Shown here piece by piece: positions 1 through 23,139 of a DNA stretch of 64,000 bases (its first letter is position 1; every line of letters starts with the position of its first letter). The stretch is from Amoebidium appalachense (lineage: Eukaryota > Protista > Ichthyosporea). The position numbers were made by a program, and so were the translations under genes. A model generated the notes under the pieces. It was given only the letters and a program-made list of their open reading frames with translations, was not told the origin of the DNA and did not search any database. Location of the stretch: assembly GCA_963693365.1 (NCBI GenBank), contig CAVNZM010000016.1, positions 708,595 to 772,594 of the forward strand, read 5' to 3'.

Positions 1-135
1 ATAGTATGACTGAACAAAAAAATTGCCGTTGATTTTAAAGGCAAGATGTGGCACCAATCAATGTTTATAAGACCCGCCCCTTTCAAGCCTGTCCTCTAAT
101 AAACCTTGGTTTTGGACTGGCCTTACAATATCTAA

Positions 136-224
136 GTCTCTCTCTCTCTGCTCTCTGTACACACACACACACACACACTCTCGCCCCCTCCCTCTCCCTA
201 TCCCTCTCCCTCCGACTCCCTATT

Positions 225-276
<52 letters not shown>

Positions 277-309
277 CGACTCTCTCTCTCTCTCTCCGAC
301 TCCCTCTCC

Positions 310-406
<97 letters not shown>
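136..406. repeat. (CT)n/(CA)n microsatellite, representative of dozens of dinucleotide and poly-G/poly-C tracts in the window
   Basis: Directly visible dinucleotide runs; they generate the spurious SLSL/RERE ORFs. Confidence 0.95.
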
Positions 407-408
<2 letters not shown>

Positions 409-1770
409 TTCGAGACACTCTCTCTCAACCCGATCGCCCTTATTATCGCCCCCCCCTCCCCCCCCCCCCCCCTTCTCAAAGGGGGGGGGGGGGGGGGGGG
501 AATAGTCTACCCATTTCGTTGTTGTGCGTTCCTTGAAAAGTAAACTCTCTTGGTGCAGGTCCGGTCTCACTCATGTGTAGGAGCCATGAAGGAGAAACGA
601 GGATACGATGTACGTGCATGTCGGGAGGGGATGAAGGAGTGCTCCATGAAGGTGACCGTCAGACTGTGGCGGTATGGCGCGCTTGAACTCCCTTGGTCCA
701 GGGAGCCAATCAATTTGTTGGATTCGGTGATCTTCTAAAACTAGACCCCAATCTGGGCCCGGGATGAAGTTCTTTTTCCTTTTTTTATTGACTTTATTGA
801 TATGCTCGGCAAAGTACTGTAGAGGCAATCGAGATATCACATATATCTCAGCGAGGAAGAGACTCAAATCCGATGAACTATTGTAGTCTGGGCCAGGCCG
901 CCAGGGCCGCATAACAAGTTGGGCATTCATTTCCGGTCGCGATCGGGCAGCCGGGCTGCGCCGGGCCGCCGGCATAAAGTGGAGGTAACCAGGAACAGCA
1001 ACCCCTTTTCGTAACTACAATTGTTTGAAGTTTATTTTTATAATTCCGTTCTATTTTTTCCTGATGAACCTGGACTCTAGCCGACGGTCAGTCACCTTTA
1101 AAGGAGTGATTCAATGTAATTTTCGGAAAAGATTCGCTAAGTATACCCCCTCTCAAGCGAAGGTTGGGGGGACTGGATAAGATGCGCTAACATCCAATAG
1201 GAAAGCGAACCGTCGGAGAAGTGTTGACAAAAGGCTTCAACATGTCTCCAGCACTGGTGAGTCTGACTTGTCCAGCTACAGTAGAAGCGTCCGTGCACGT
1301 AAAAATTCTATAGAACTATAGAACTCAACGGACCGGGTTAACTAGGGGTCAGTTCAAGTTGGGATGGGTTTCCCTTGTCAATGCTATTCTTGATGTCTCT
1401 TGCTGCAAACCGCGGGCTCGGCTTCGATAAAAGGTGCCACGACTGGTACGGATCCGGGCAATCTTTCTTCAGTTCAGTGTACATGACTTGTGCGAGTATT
1501 TTCGGTGCAATTGTACTCAGGAGTGCAGTGTACCAGTGAAGGATTAAATCGTTTAACTTCTCCACCAACAAGAACAATGGCCACCGAGTCAGAGAATTGG
1601 GCGGAGGTTCTCGCCAGCGGCCTTGAGGCCACACTTGGAGATGCGTTTGCCACAAAACAAAACATCCCACACGTGAAAAGGTCATTAAAAAAAATTGCCC
1701 TGGGACTTGGGTGTGGGTACGGAACTTCGACTTTTTGGAACAGCACCGCCAACTTGTTTTTTCGTTTGAC

Positions 1771-2930
1771 ATGGAAGGCGCAGCCAAAATAGAGCGTGCT
1801 TGTAACCCTGGGGCTCTGGATCCCAGTGCCGAGGGAGCTTGTGTGTCTTCGAATTCTAATCTTTCGGCACCACGTGATGTGTTCGTGAAGACACTGTACG
1901 GGAAAACGGTAACGTTGAGCGTCAACCACACCAAAGACACGGTTGGAGACCTCAAGAACATGATCCAGGACAAAGAAGGTATTCCACCAGACCAACAGAG
2001 ACTTATCTACGCCGGGCTTCAACTCCAGGATGGGCTTACCCTTGCTGACTACAAAATTCGTTGCGGGTCGATGCTACATCTGGTTCTGTATTTACGTGGG
2101 GGTGGCGGTAGTCAGACTTGCCTGTACGCGCTCGACGATACATGCTTTGCACACAAGTACGACTATGACTTCACACATGTTCGTGACTCCAAGAGGGTAT
2201 TAGTGCGTGGGGGGCACACGTACAAGAGACCGTGTGGGTGGATGAGGCTGGCGCTGAACGTTTCTGGAAAGTTCGACGGTGGGGATGACACGTGGTTGGG
2301 AAAGAAAAATTCCGCGGGAGAGTGGCCTGTGTCGTACCATGGGACAGGTGGGTGCATTACGAATTAAAAGTTGGTGTTGAAAGTTTTTAGAGGCCTAGGG
2401 TATCTGTAAACTACTATTCAAGCTGGGTGTGTGGCATTACACAAAGCCTGTCCGCATGCAACACATATCGAGCCACTGAGTCGCCATATAATTGTCATAT
2501 CTACTATAGCTAGTACTATGACTGGCATTCCGATTGCACTTTACGGCCGTTAGAATGCTATTCATAAAGTTTTGCTTTGAGACCTAGAATTTATGTGCAT
2601 GTGCATGGAGGCTCAGCTGTAGATATATGATGCGCATGGGCAAATATTGCATATGCAACATGCATGCGCAGTGGCTGTGATCACGAGGTGGGTCTACACA
2701 GATATAGCTATAGTATGGTTTGGAAACGTTTTACTCGCAAGGGACCAGAGAGGAAATATGTAGTCAAAACTTAGGGGGAAGAGCTGATATGGTCAGGCTG
2801 AAACTGGTGCTGGGGTAGGACGGGACATATGGGGGAGAGGTGTGTGTGTATGTGTGTGTGTGTACCGTGATGTCTCTTCAAAGTTTCGTTTCTTTTCTTC
2901 TTTTCTTTTCTTTTTTCTTTTTTTTTTTTT

Positions 2931-2961
<31 letters not shown>

Positions 2962-3843
2962 GGAGGGCGGAGAACAGTATGAGTGCAATTGGGGAGCCTC
3001 ACTGGTGCCACATTATTTAAACTGAATATTCAGTTTAAATAATGGCTGTTTGAATTTCAGGGTTACACAATGCTTGCAATATCGCACAAGAAGGCTACAA
3101 GCTCTCAATGGGTCGAAGGTATGTGGCCGTTTTCTGTGCCTCTGTTGTTACATCTGTCCTCAGTAGTACCCTTATGCTTCCCTTAGAGGTTGGGAAAGGG
3201 AAGAGGACGAGAGGGGGGGAAAGAGGAGGAGGGGAAAGGGAAGCCCCGGGGGGGGGGGGGGGGGGGGGGATATGCTTGGCGATCCATTTGTAAATTCAGA
3301 AAAGTGACACGAAACACTGCACTGTATATAAGCAACTATGACCATATAGCGTGCATATGTACGATATTGCCGATGATTGTAAATACACATGCCTGCGCAA
3401 CTGAGGGCGCTCACGCGCACAGTCTAACTAAATCGAGCCCGTTTGCTGAACTACATGCACATATCATAAAAACGGGGGGGGGGGGGGGGGGGGGGGGAAG
3501 AGAGAAAGAAAAAAACTTTCCTGGCCGGAACTTGACCGACAGGATGCAGTGATCTTTACTAATTATTGCTTGTGTTTGCTTCTACAGATTCAAGTTCGGC
3601 AGAGGTGTGTACAGCACGCCAGAAATCGAACTGGCAGAACGCTTCGCCGTCGAGTTCACCCACACGGACGGGTCCAGGTACAAGATGGTCCTGCAGAACA
3701 GGGTCAACCCCCAAGCCCTTGATAAGGTCCCTGCCATTGTTACGGGGGTGGGGGAGTATTGGATCTCCTCGAAGGAGTGCGATGTGCGTCCCTATGGGGT
3801 TCTACTGAAGAAGGTGGAGGGAAAAAGGATGCGTAGGTCATAG
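1771..3843 (+). CDS. Ubiquitin-domain + ADP-ribosyltransferase (NEURL4-C/PARP-like, H-Y-E) fusion protein, ~296 aa, N-terminus uncertain
   Basis: Exons 1771-2347, 3061-3118 and 3588-3843 join in phase through GT-AG introns (TACTAAT branch site at ~3557). Ubiquitin domain [13 protein letters not shown]...[18 protein letters not shown]...[13 protein letters not shown] motifs [37 protein letters not shown]...DVRPYGVL. A possible upstream micro-exon MSPAL (1242-1256) could splice in frame to 1744. Confidence 0.85.
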
Positions 3844-6335
3844 GAACTATGCCTCGAGGTTTAAGGCCTATGTCGGTCTGTGTCGGCATTTTGCGGTGTG
3901 ACGTCCATGGTAGTTAGTTTTACATCACCATGACGTGAGAGTGTATCATTGGTCTTGCCTTTATGTGTGGTACGGAGCCTCTTCTACTTTTAAGAAGTTG
4001 TGTGGACGAACGTTACTATGTATAGGAACTCTAATGAAAGTTTAGAATGTTTTACTTGCAATTTTTCAAATATTGTGAATCAAATCATGGTATATGTGTT
4101 CATGTATTATTTGTGCAAAGGTTTGCCACATTTGTGTGTTCATAATATATTTCTGCAGCATATCAGGGTGGGTGTTTGAGACATCTGGTGGCATGGCTGA
4201 CATATATGGCTGTGATATTGCGCCGTAGCTACTATTGCGACAGTCTGAACTGAACGGTGTTCTATGGGGTAATAGTAGGAATTCACCCTTCTCTTTTTTC
4301 CGAACGTGACTTACCCACTGCTCGCCTTTTGCAGATCTAAGATAAAGTTTTATTGTACAACCCGGGGTGGTTGTTTTTTTTACCGGTAGCTATTTGTTTT
4401 GTTTTTTCCTATCTCGTTTTTCAATGATAGGAATGCACAGATATATCTGACATCGTATATATGTTATCTTTCCAAATGTTCGTGCTTTCCCCATACCAAG
4501 TCCCTATTGCTAAGTCAGTAAAAACTTTTCAAGCTTCTGCGTATATATGGTCGTGCCTATTCAGCTGTGCTGCCCGGCCTTATCAAAACAAGCAAATAGA
4601 AATAAAACCGTTGCCTCCTACTCTAAAAGTTTTGTTTCCTCATATGGTCCGTCTCCAATCCCCCTTTCGCTCTTTTTCCCATTCTCCGAGACTCCCTCCC
4701 TCCCTCCCTCCCTCCCCCCCACCCCCCCCCCCCACCGCCCCCCTCCCTCCCTCCCAACCTTCCCTCCCTCCCCCCTCCCCTTCTCTCTCCCCCCTCCCTC
4801 CCCCCCCACCTCCCTCCCTCCCTCCCTCCCTCCCTCCCTCTCTCCCTCTCTCCTCAGTTTTGTGTTTGTGTCCAACATCAATCACTTCACGGTGACAAGG
4901 CGCACTTATCATGTTTGGTTAAAGGTGAAAATTTAAATGACAGTTGGGCACGACGTTCACTCTGTGTGTGTGTGTGTGCGTGTTGTTTGATTGGAGCTGA
5001 AAAATCAGGACACACATGACCCACATCCTTGTGTGCACTTATGCACGTGCGTGTGTGCGTGCGTGCGTGCGTGTGTGCGTGCGTGCGTTGTAGGGAGAGA
5101 GGATGAGGGAGGGAGGGGGGGGGGGGTCTCCTAAATTGCTGATTAATTCAAGGCTGCCCCCTAACCACCGCCGAGCGAATTGTTTGTTTGTTTGTTTGTT
5201 TGTTTGTTTTTTTTTTGGTGGTGGTGGTGGTGGGGGGAGGGGAGGGGGGGGGGAGGGGGGGGGAAGGGAGTTGTGGGCAAGCGACCTTTAGGGTTTATGA
5301 GGGGAGATAATGTGGGGGGAGGGGGGGGGGGGGGGGGGGGGGGGGGGAGGGGGGGGGGGGGGGGGGGCAGTTTGAGGTTCGGAGTGAGGATTGGGGAGTT
5401 TTTATTGGGTGCACGTGGTTTCTACCCAGAATTAACATTATATGTCATTAAAATTTTCAGTCGGGTTTCTTTTCGTACAATGTACATGAGACCCAAGGTC
5501 GCCAACCCGTGCGCACGCCTGCTCATTATTCATGATCCGTTATCTACATGATGCAGATTGGCACGTTTACCGGAAGTGTCATGTCTATTACCGCCCTTCC
5601 CATCATGAGTTAAAACCCCACATCCCCCACCCCCCTCTCCCCCCCCCCTCCCTTCCCTCCGCCCTCCCTCCCCTACCTCTCCTCCCCCTTCCCCCCCCCC
5701 CCCCCCCCCCCCCCCCCCGCCCCGATCCTTGATGTACTAGTACTACACCGGCCTCCCTGGGCATGCTTTGTGAACAATCGGCTATTTTCACAAATGTGCA
5801 TATGCAATAATGTTTACACTAAGCATAAATTCGCTTCTGGCATTAGCCCCCCCCCCCCCCCCCCCCCCCCCAAACAAACAACAGCCCAAAAAAAGACAAG
5901 AAAAGAAAAGAAAAGAAAAAGAAAAACAAAAAAGAGCAGAGGGTTTAGAGATACTGCGATTCGGCCTTCACTGTCAATGTTCGCTATGAACGCAAACGTA
6001 AACCCCTACACCATAGGCGCTTATGCACTGTATATCTGGGCTGGCTAGCAGCGTCAGATCAAACAAAAATTATACTATGATGTTAATGTTAAGAATTTGA
6101 ACATAAATGTGGTGCCAAGAGGGACCTGCCCTGCTTCAACCTCGGCTTATTACAACTTGAAAGCAAATTAATGTTTTTTTAAATTTCATTAAAATCTATA
6201 TATCTTTGTATATAAATCTACCTGTGAATATGATGAAACAAAAGTTTAATGCCGCACAAAATAAAACTCCCCCCTACTAGGGTGGGCCTAGCCTAAAAAC
6301 TAAAGAGATAACCCCATAACCGTCTACATATCTAA

Positions 6336-6390
<55 letters not shown>

Positions 6391-6558
6391 AATATATACT
6401 ATTTCAAGATTACATTCTCTTATCGAACAGCATCCCAGAGCATGTTCAAACCATGCTTAATGTCTGACCGGAATTCTCCCGTAGAATACACCCATAATTA
6501 ATGATATTTCCTAAAATTGGAAGCTTTCTTTGTGGGGGTTGAAACGCAATAATTTACC

Positions 6559-15586
<9,028 letters not shown>

Positions 15587-17872
15587 CTTTGAAATCCGCA
15601 CTGAGTGGCAACTTGATGTCACAGATCACAGTGGCCTGGCCATTCGATGGATGACTACTACTCGATCAGTGAAGTTTATGTGCTTTTTGCCTCAGAGACA
15701 AGTCATGCGCGGCGCATCAGGCTCGGTAACCTTTTGAGGGCCACACCGCCTGCCCCTGTCTTTGCTTCAAAGAGTCAAAACCCGACCCGTACTATTACAT
15801 GTAGCTGACAGACTGGACGAGAAACGTTGCGAAGGCTACGTGCAGCGTCCATATATCACTTGTAACACCCGCGAGTCCCGCTTGCCCGGGAGTTTCAAGT
15901 TGAAGCCTTGCCCCGCTACAGTACCAATATGCGCATAAGACGACAAAATATTGTGTTACGTCTACTTCATACTTCTATCTCAAGCAGGGGGAAAAAAAAA
16001 AAGGGGGGGGGGGGGGGGGGGGGGGGGGGACATTTCTGAAGTTTTTCCCAACTTATCATTAGATTTAATGTTTGCATACTTTGAATTCCATTTAAATAGC
16101 TGAGCTTTGATTGCTTGAACTGACTATAAGTTAGAACCGAAATTTTCGGGAACAGTGTCAACCGAGTAGCTTTTGTTCGCTTATAATACATAAGGCCACC
16201 AATTGAAAATTTGATATATATCTACTATAACTGTGAACACTGTGAGGCATTTGCAAATTTTCACGGCCTCTTTTTGCCAGCTATGACTCCATCACATGGT
16301 ATGCGTTCCGTGGATATCGGATAAAACACTATTGGATAATTGGATAGAATTATCTTGGGTAGATAAGTCTGTATGGTCACGATGTTGATATTGCCTGTGA
16401 AGTTCTGCAGTGGCGTTGTAATTCTTGTTTCCATCGCCGCTGGTGCCACTTTTGTGCTGAACTTTTTAATCGAAAGCATGTTGATAGGTGTGAGTTTTTA
16501 TGTTGCGTTTTACCTCTTTCCCTACGGGTGTCTGCTACACTGACTGGCAATGTGAACACTTTAGACTTTTTGTTGAATTCTGTTGGTCGTTACATTGAGT
16601 ATTTATATGATTTCACACAGTGTTCAGGTATCTCAGTTTGCACTTGTTACTGGATAACTCGTAAAGTTTTTATTGTCTTCTCAGTATGCCGTGCATACTT
16701 GCATATCTTTCCGTCGAATAAATCCAATCAAAATTACTTCTATTGACTATCTGTTAAACCACCGTATGTTTAATGAGTTTTCTAGGGTGTATGATTATTT
16801 GAGTCGTTATCTCCTCCGTATCCGTGAGTAGGGGTATTTGTATTTTCTTCTCCCAGATATCTGTGATATCTCCGGCCTGCTTCTCTTTCATAAACATATC
16901 AATAAAGTCATTATAAAAAAAAAATATTATGATAGGAGCCATGGAAATTGTATTCTTTTGAACGACCTTTCTTATCACTTTGTTGGTTTGTAATCTACGG
17001 CTTTCCATTCGCCCCCCAAAAAAGCAAACCCTCTCTAGTGATGTGCAGGCATACATACAGACAAAAAACTACACATGCCACGACTCACATAGGATGGTTA
17101 TGGAATTTATTTGGCTTGGCTCCCAAGACCTCAACAGATTCCCAGATATGGCTGACAAAATCGAAAATTCGAAACATGGAATCCGGTGCTGCGCACGCAC
17201 CAAAGTCAGCTCATATGTCTATGGCGTAATGATGTGGATATAGCATAAGAAGCTATTGTGTTGTTTTTGTTAAAAATGCAAAGAGGGCATTATCTCGGTG
17301 TTTATAAACCGACTCAACATAAAAACTTCCCTCGCATGATATATACATGCACCACGCATCCAGCTGCTCCGGCCCTGATGTCTGAGCTTGCTTCTTTATT
17401 GTTGAACTTTTTGGGGTTTACACGTCCAGGTTGCCCACCAATTGACCAAGATCAGATCTACAATTGGGTTAAAAAGTTGGGCTTAGAATCTGGGCCAAAT
17501 ACTATGATCCAGATCATCCAAGTGTTGAAAGTCAAGTAAAGACCGATTTTACTTAGAGAAGAGGGTTTGGTGTTCTAAGTAAAAAATTGGTAAATATATT
17601 AAAAACGTGCAAAATTTATAGAAGTGACTAGGGGTATCCGACGCCGCCTTCACTGTCCAAACAGGCCAAAACCGCCTGGACTTGGGCCCAAGCTGGTAGG
17701 CTGGGCTCACCCGAATATGCCTCGCGAGTTTATGCACTTTGTATTGCTGCGGACATCGTTAGGGGCCCAGCCTCAATGGACGGCCTACTGCGTTTTCCAG
17801 CGCAGCCAATCAAATGCAGCTAGTGACTTAAGTACACTATATGCAATAAAACAACCCTAGTATTAGTATAGA

Positions 17873-19250
17873 TTATGGGTAAGCAGAAGCTAGCATTGGT
17901 AGCTCCGAGAGAAAGTTAAGACACCGTATCACAATATCATACTGTGCAGCATTAATAAGGTGATCTAACACGGTCATTTTATAACGGATATACTGGGGGA
18001 GAGAAGTAGAAAAGAGAATAAAGCCGCCCATAACCTCCGGTTCTACCACATTAGCTAAAAGGTCACACTTATTGATAGATATGCATCCGCGAGTAAACCG
18101 CCCCCCACACATATTACACATTCGAGCAGGAGACACCAAAAACCGATTACAACGCCAAGACATAATCATCTTTGCATATTTATACGACACAACATCGTGA
18201 ATAAACGAATCTATATAGGAGCGAAATTGTCTAACCGTATCCGCCATATAGGCTACTAGTAGTTGGTGTTTTTGCCGACCTAACACTGGGAGGGACTCGA
18301 CACGTAAAGTAAAATTTAAAGGTATCTATCAGCCATAGACTTAAAACTATTCATAATCACGTCCAGCCGTACCTCCGGTGGAGTCGCCAGCCACTCCGCA
18401 TATCGCTCGACAATGGCCTGAGAGACGATGTGGAAGGGAAGAGGTAGAGGGGCGAGTCCGGCGGGGATGCGTGTAGCCGGAAGAGTGGATGAGTCGGGGC
18501 AATGGCGGATAGGCGGGTGATGTGCTCGTGAAATTTATGGGCTAATTCGTGTATGCGTTGTGATGGTGGTGTGAGTGCGTATAAAGAATCGAAAAGGCGT
18601 CTAGAAATAGGTGTGGAAAGGCCAGTAAGAAACGTACAACATGTTGTGTAGTGGAAGTCATCTAGTGATTGGAGAACATTTGCAACGGTATCAGGGGGTG
18701 CCATAGCTAATAAAGGCAACCCGTACTCAGACAAAGGGCAAATAAAGGTGCGAAATATACTAAGACGGTTGTGTAAGTGTACAGTAGTAGAAAGATTAGC
18801 AAGATACACATCCCTAAATAAACGAAGACACCTGCCTGCACTCGCACCCGACGGTCGACCATCTGTTTGAAACAAATGCCCCACTCATCCACCGGAACCA
18901 TTCGGTCGGGCGAGGGAGGGGACTGCCGAATATACAAACGTCGTCTCATGCCGGTATCGATTTTGATAAAAGGGCACACTTTTTGACGTTAACCTTCATA
19001 TCGTTGCGCTGGCACCAATGTTCAACCACACGAATATATTGCCGTAGTTCGATAGGATCGGATGACATCAGCACAATATCGTCGGCAAAAGAGAGGGCGG
19101 GGGGAGCCTGGGATGGCAACCCCCCGTCAATTTGAGCTGCAGAAAGAGCGTCGGCTAAATCATCAATATACAGGTTGAAAAGAAGTGGGCTTAGCAGGGA
19201 CCCTTGAAGTACCCCGCGCATGCGGGAGCGAAACCCGGAGACCCCCAGGT
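17873..19250 (-). mobile_element. Degenerate non-LTR retrotransposon (LINE), 3' half: RT core to C-terminal Cys motif
   Basis: SGFRS / RGVLQGSLLSPLLFNLYIDDL...FADDIVL...MKVNVKKC, then RLSIFRTFICPLSEYG and CNMCGGRFTR, split by frameshifts. Confidence 0.88.
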
Positions 19251-19472
19251 TACTATACCAAAATCATCGGTTTTCATAACAAAATTTCACCTTAATTTAA
19301 TTCTTCACGTCTCTCAATCTGTTCACATCCACAGCTCATTCTGACACAACTTAACCCCCTGACATGTCCTCCACCAGTGAAACAAGAGTACCTACAGATA
19401 CATGAGTAAGGAGAGGGAGAGTTTTTTGGGGGGGGGGGATGGGGTGGCTTTTTTCCATTTTTTTTTGTGGAA

Positions 19473-19502
<30 letters not shown>

Positions 19503-19503
<1 letters not shown>

Positions 19504-19982
19504 GTAAACAACTGTACACATGAACTGTACATGTTTACTAAAGAATGTGATCTACTAGCACACGATTCGTGCTTTGTCATGAATATCACATAAATATTAT
19601 GTCCGCACCAATAGGACTCACTCTGACCTAAGAATTGAACCATATATGGTTCTTCCGCTGCATACCACATAAACGAAGTGAACCAATAAGAGGTTTGCAT
19701 AAATAGGACGAAGGTCTGACTGGCTCGGACCGCACCAGAATCACGAATGGCATGTTGCCACCCGCGCTGGCCCCGGATGAACCAATCCTGGGCCTTGATC
19801 CGAAACCTGGGGGCTATATAAGAAAGCCGTCCCAGTACGGGGATCACATCAGTGAAGTCTGAGACAGACTGAGTCGGTCCATAGTAAAAGCAACCTGGCC
19901 GCGTGTGCCTTTCTACCCGTTCTCTGTCTTTATTTTGACTCAGTTGTACTCTGCCTTATCCTAACTAGTCCAACTGTTTAAA
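19503..19982 (+). repeat. 5' LTR
   Basis: Starts TGTAAACA, ends TGTTTAAA; TATA-like CTATATAAG inside; 4 differences from the 3' LTR by manual comparison. Confidence 0.95.
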
Positions 19983-22596
19983 TTGGCGACCGCGCAGTTC
20001 AAGAATCTCGCATCCTTCGAATCTCACATCTTTCAATCAGCACAAGAATCTCACATCTTTCAATTACCCCAAGAATCTGCCATGGCCGATCACAAATCCT
20101 TTTTACCACGATGATAGGTACATCTTTCCTTGTCCGACTTAGAATATATACACCGACAAGTTTGAAGTGGCCAGCCCACCTACACGGAAAGAATTGAAAG
20201 CATGTAAAACGGCTTTTGCTACGACACAAAAAAAATGTGAAGAAAAACGAATACACAACGAAACAACGAATACACGAACAAACGAATAAAGAATTGCTAA
20301 CGAAGCAATGAACCAACGAAAAACGAACCATCACGAATACACAGTGAAATAAAGAATTAACGACAAACGAATGCATAGAGGAAATACGAAATGAATGCAA
20401 CACGAAAACAAAACGAAGTAACGAAGTTATCAAACGACAAAAAACGAAAAACGAAAGCAAAATGAATTGGAAATACGAAAATGAAAGAACGAATGCACAA
20501 CACTGCTTGGGTTGCAATGCACACAGCCCCCTCTATGTTAGGAAGAAAATAAAACCGTTGCCCTTGCGTGCATTGCGCTATTGCACACTGCCATCGTGTC
20601 CATGCCACCGCATGCACGTCCACACTCGCAAGCCAGATGCACGGCCACTTTCAGCACGAATGCATTTAAAGAAGAAGATAGTCGCTGTTCCTATAGCATG
20701 TAGGACATAAGGTGCTGTGAAAGTAGTTTTGCATGCATGCTTCGAATTTCTTGCTGTTGTCGAATACAGCATGCCCCATAGTTTAGCGCACAGGATGCAC
20801 AACATGCGCATGAACGTATGCTGGCATGCCTTAGTAAACACATTACGAACATATGCCTCATGTATGGCCCTTCCTGGTGCCATGCCCCAACGAATTTGCA
20901 CTCTTGGTGCACAGAAGGCATGTAATAAAGTCGATGCAGAACTTTTGTTCGTGCATGCGAAACAAACGAAGCTGTGGGGTACGAATTTACAGGTAACTGC
21001 CAGTGTGTGGCAATACTGTACAAATACTAAACCATACGAACTATGCTGTAAAGCCTGGAATACCCGCATGCAAAATAAAATTGCTGCCGGCACACCCCCA
21101 CCAGAATAAAGAAAACAAAAGAATGTGGTATGGGCACCGTTCCCTCACAACCCCAGCATACAGTGTCAGTATTTTGGCTGGAAGCCTTTCAGTTTCGAAT
21201 TACGAATACCCTCCTTCACTACTGAAGAAAGTGACGTGGAAGACGAATACGAATACGAATGCAAGGTGTTGTTGACTAACACATCGGACCATCATGTGTA
21301 CCTAGGCCCTGGTACGGAGGTGACCATGTTATTCCCTTGCAATATGATGACACTGTAACAATTTAGCACGTGCATACCCCACCAATGGGCACATGCGGGA
21401 GACAACCCCACAAGCTGCCTTATTGGGCACCTCTGCTAAAACGAATATTCTTCTCACGAAGGAACAGAAGAATGCCACGAACACGAACCACACACTCCCC
21501 AGGCAGCTACTTACGTCTGATGTATGAAAGTAGTAGGTGTGTGAATTGGGTAACTCCATGAACACCAACACGAAAGAAAGCACAGCACAAAGCAGTTCCA
21601 CGAACACGAATGGTTTTGGTTTTCCACACAACGAACAGAACCAACAGTAGGGCCACCTACAAAAGAAGCAGAGGATGGGGCACCATCCAGACCTGCACTG
21701 GAGGATATGAAGATACGAAGCGCGCTCACGAAGTTGCTTACAAAAGAAAGGGCGACCGTGACGACTTTTCTTTTGAGGCCAAGCCTCCAGAAGAATGTAT
21801 TATGCCTGGAATCCCCCTGCTCAACGAAAATCGCTGGCTCATGGGATACGAAAACTGCTCACGAATGGAAGCAGGTGTTTTCTGAAGAAGGCTTGCTTTG
21901 CCTACCCTCTTCTTATGAATTATGAATCGGGTTTTTACTGGTTCTAACGGGCTGATAGATTTCTTTATGTCACCCAACGAAGAACACTAAGGGCATTTTT
22001 ATTCTGTTTTTCCCAGCTCCGATGATGCAGGGTTAAAGCTGAAAGGAAAGAAGTGCTCTTTGTTCATGAAAGAAGTGGCTTTTCCGGCCATGGTATCTCG
22101 GCTTACAGTCTTAAGGTAGAACCGGGATAAGGAGCAGCGGCTAAGCCTTGAAGCTATCCACCACTACCTGAGCTACGAAGTGACCTAAGGCTTGAGTTAT
22201 ATTCATTATCGAATGTTTGGTATGATCATTCATCCACACAACCAAATTACTCGCAATTGAAAACGAATCTGCGGGAGTATCCTAAAAAGGAAAAATTCCC
22301 AAAAAGAAAAATACTACTTCTACAGAAAAGCCAAGCACAGAGACGAAGCGAACAATTCGCACACACTCTGCAATAATCTTCGCCACGAAAATGAAATCAC
22401 AGAAGAATGCTGCATGAATTTACGTTTTGGCAAATGAAGTAGTGCTCATAGACGTGCACAACTCTATTCAACCGTCCTTGCTCTGTTCTGCCCAGCAGGT
22501 CGGCGCACGAGAATTCTCGCTGAAGGTTGTTTATCGCCTCTCAGCCTGGTGGTTTGCTTGTCTAACGACACCACCAGGCTCCCAACAAGGGGGGAG

Positions 22597-23076
22597 TGTA
22601 AACAACTGTACACATGAACTGTACATGTTTACTAAAGAATGTGATCTACTAGCACACGATTCGTGCTTTGTCATGAATATCACATAAATATTATGTCCGC
22701 ACCAATAGGACTCACTCTGACCTAAGAATTGAACCATATATGGTTCTTCCGCTTCATACCACATAAACGAAGTGAACCAATAAGAGGTTTGCATAAATAG
22801 GACGAAGGTCTGACTGGCTCGGACCGCACCAGAATCACGAATGGCATGTTGCCACCCGCGCTGGCCGCGGATGAACCAATCCTGGGCCTTGATCCGAAAC
22901 CTGGGGGCTATATAAGAAAGCCGTCCCAGTACGGGGATCACATCAGTGAAGTCTGAGACAGACTGAGTCGGCCCATAGTAAAAGCAACCTGGCCGCGTGT
23001 GCCTTTCTACCCGTTCTCTGTCTTTATTTTGACTCAGTTGTACTCTGCCTTATCCTAACTAGTCCAACTGTTTACA
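22597..23076 (+). repeat. 3' LTR
   Basis: TGTAAACA...TGTTTACA perfect inverted termini. Confidence 0.95.
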
Positions 23077-23139
23077 GGGGGGGGCTGTCCTAAATACTTG
23101 AGTGTCATTACTGATAACTAACGTGCTTCATTTTTTCAG

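Larger units (their letters stand above)
19503..23076 (+). mobile_element. Non-autonomous Ty3/Gypsy-type LTR retrotransposon
   Basis: 480-bp direct LTRs; PBS TGGCGACC at 19984; purine tract AAGGGGGGAG before the 3' LTR; flanked by G-runs. Decayed RT remnant at ~21915-22120 (IMNRVF...EEH...AGLKLKGKKCSLFMKEVAF). Confidence 0.92.

Noticed and set aside
1381-1770. Possible TGA read-through (YQ*RIKSF...P*GHTW) extending the Ub-ART frame as a MATH-like domain
   Set aside because: The resemblance is weak, TGA serves as a normal stop in metaxin, TRAF and the ZP-like gene, and splicing or the ATG at 1771 explains the gene.
19392-22941. Duplicated 151-aa and 136-aa minus-strand ORFs
   Set aside because: They are antisense translations of the two LTRs.
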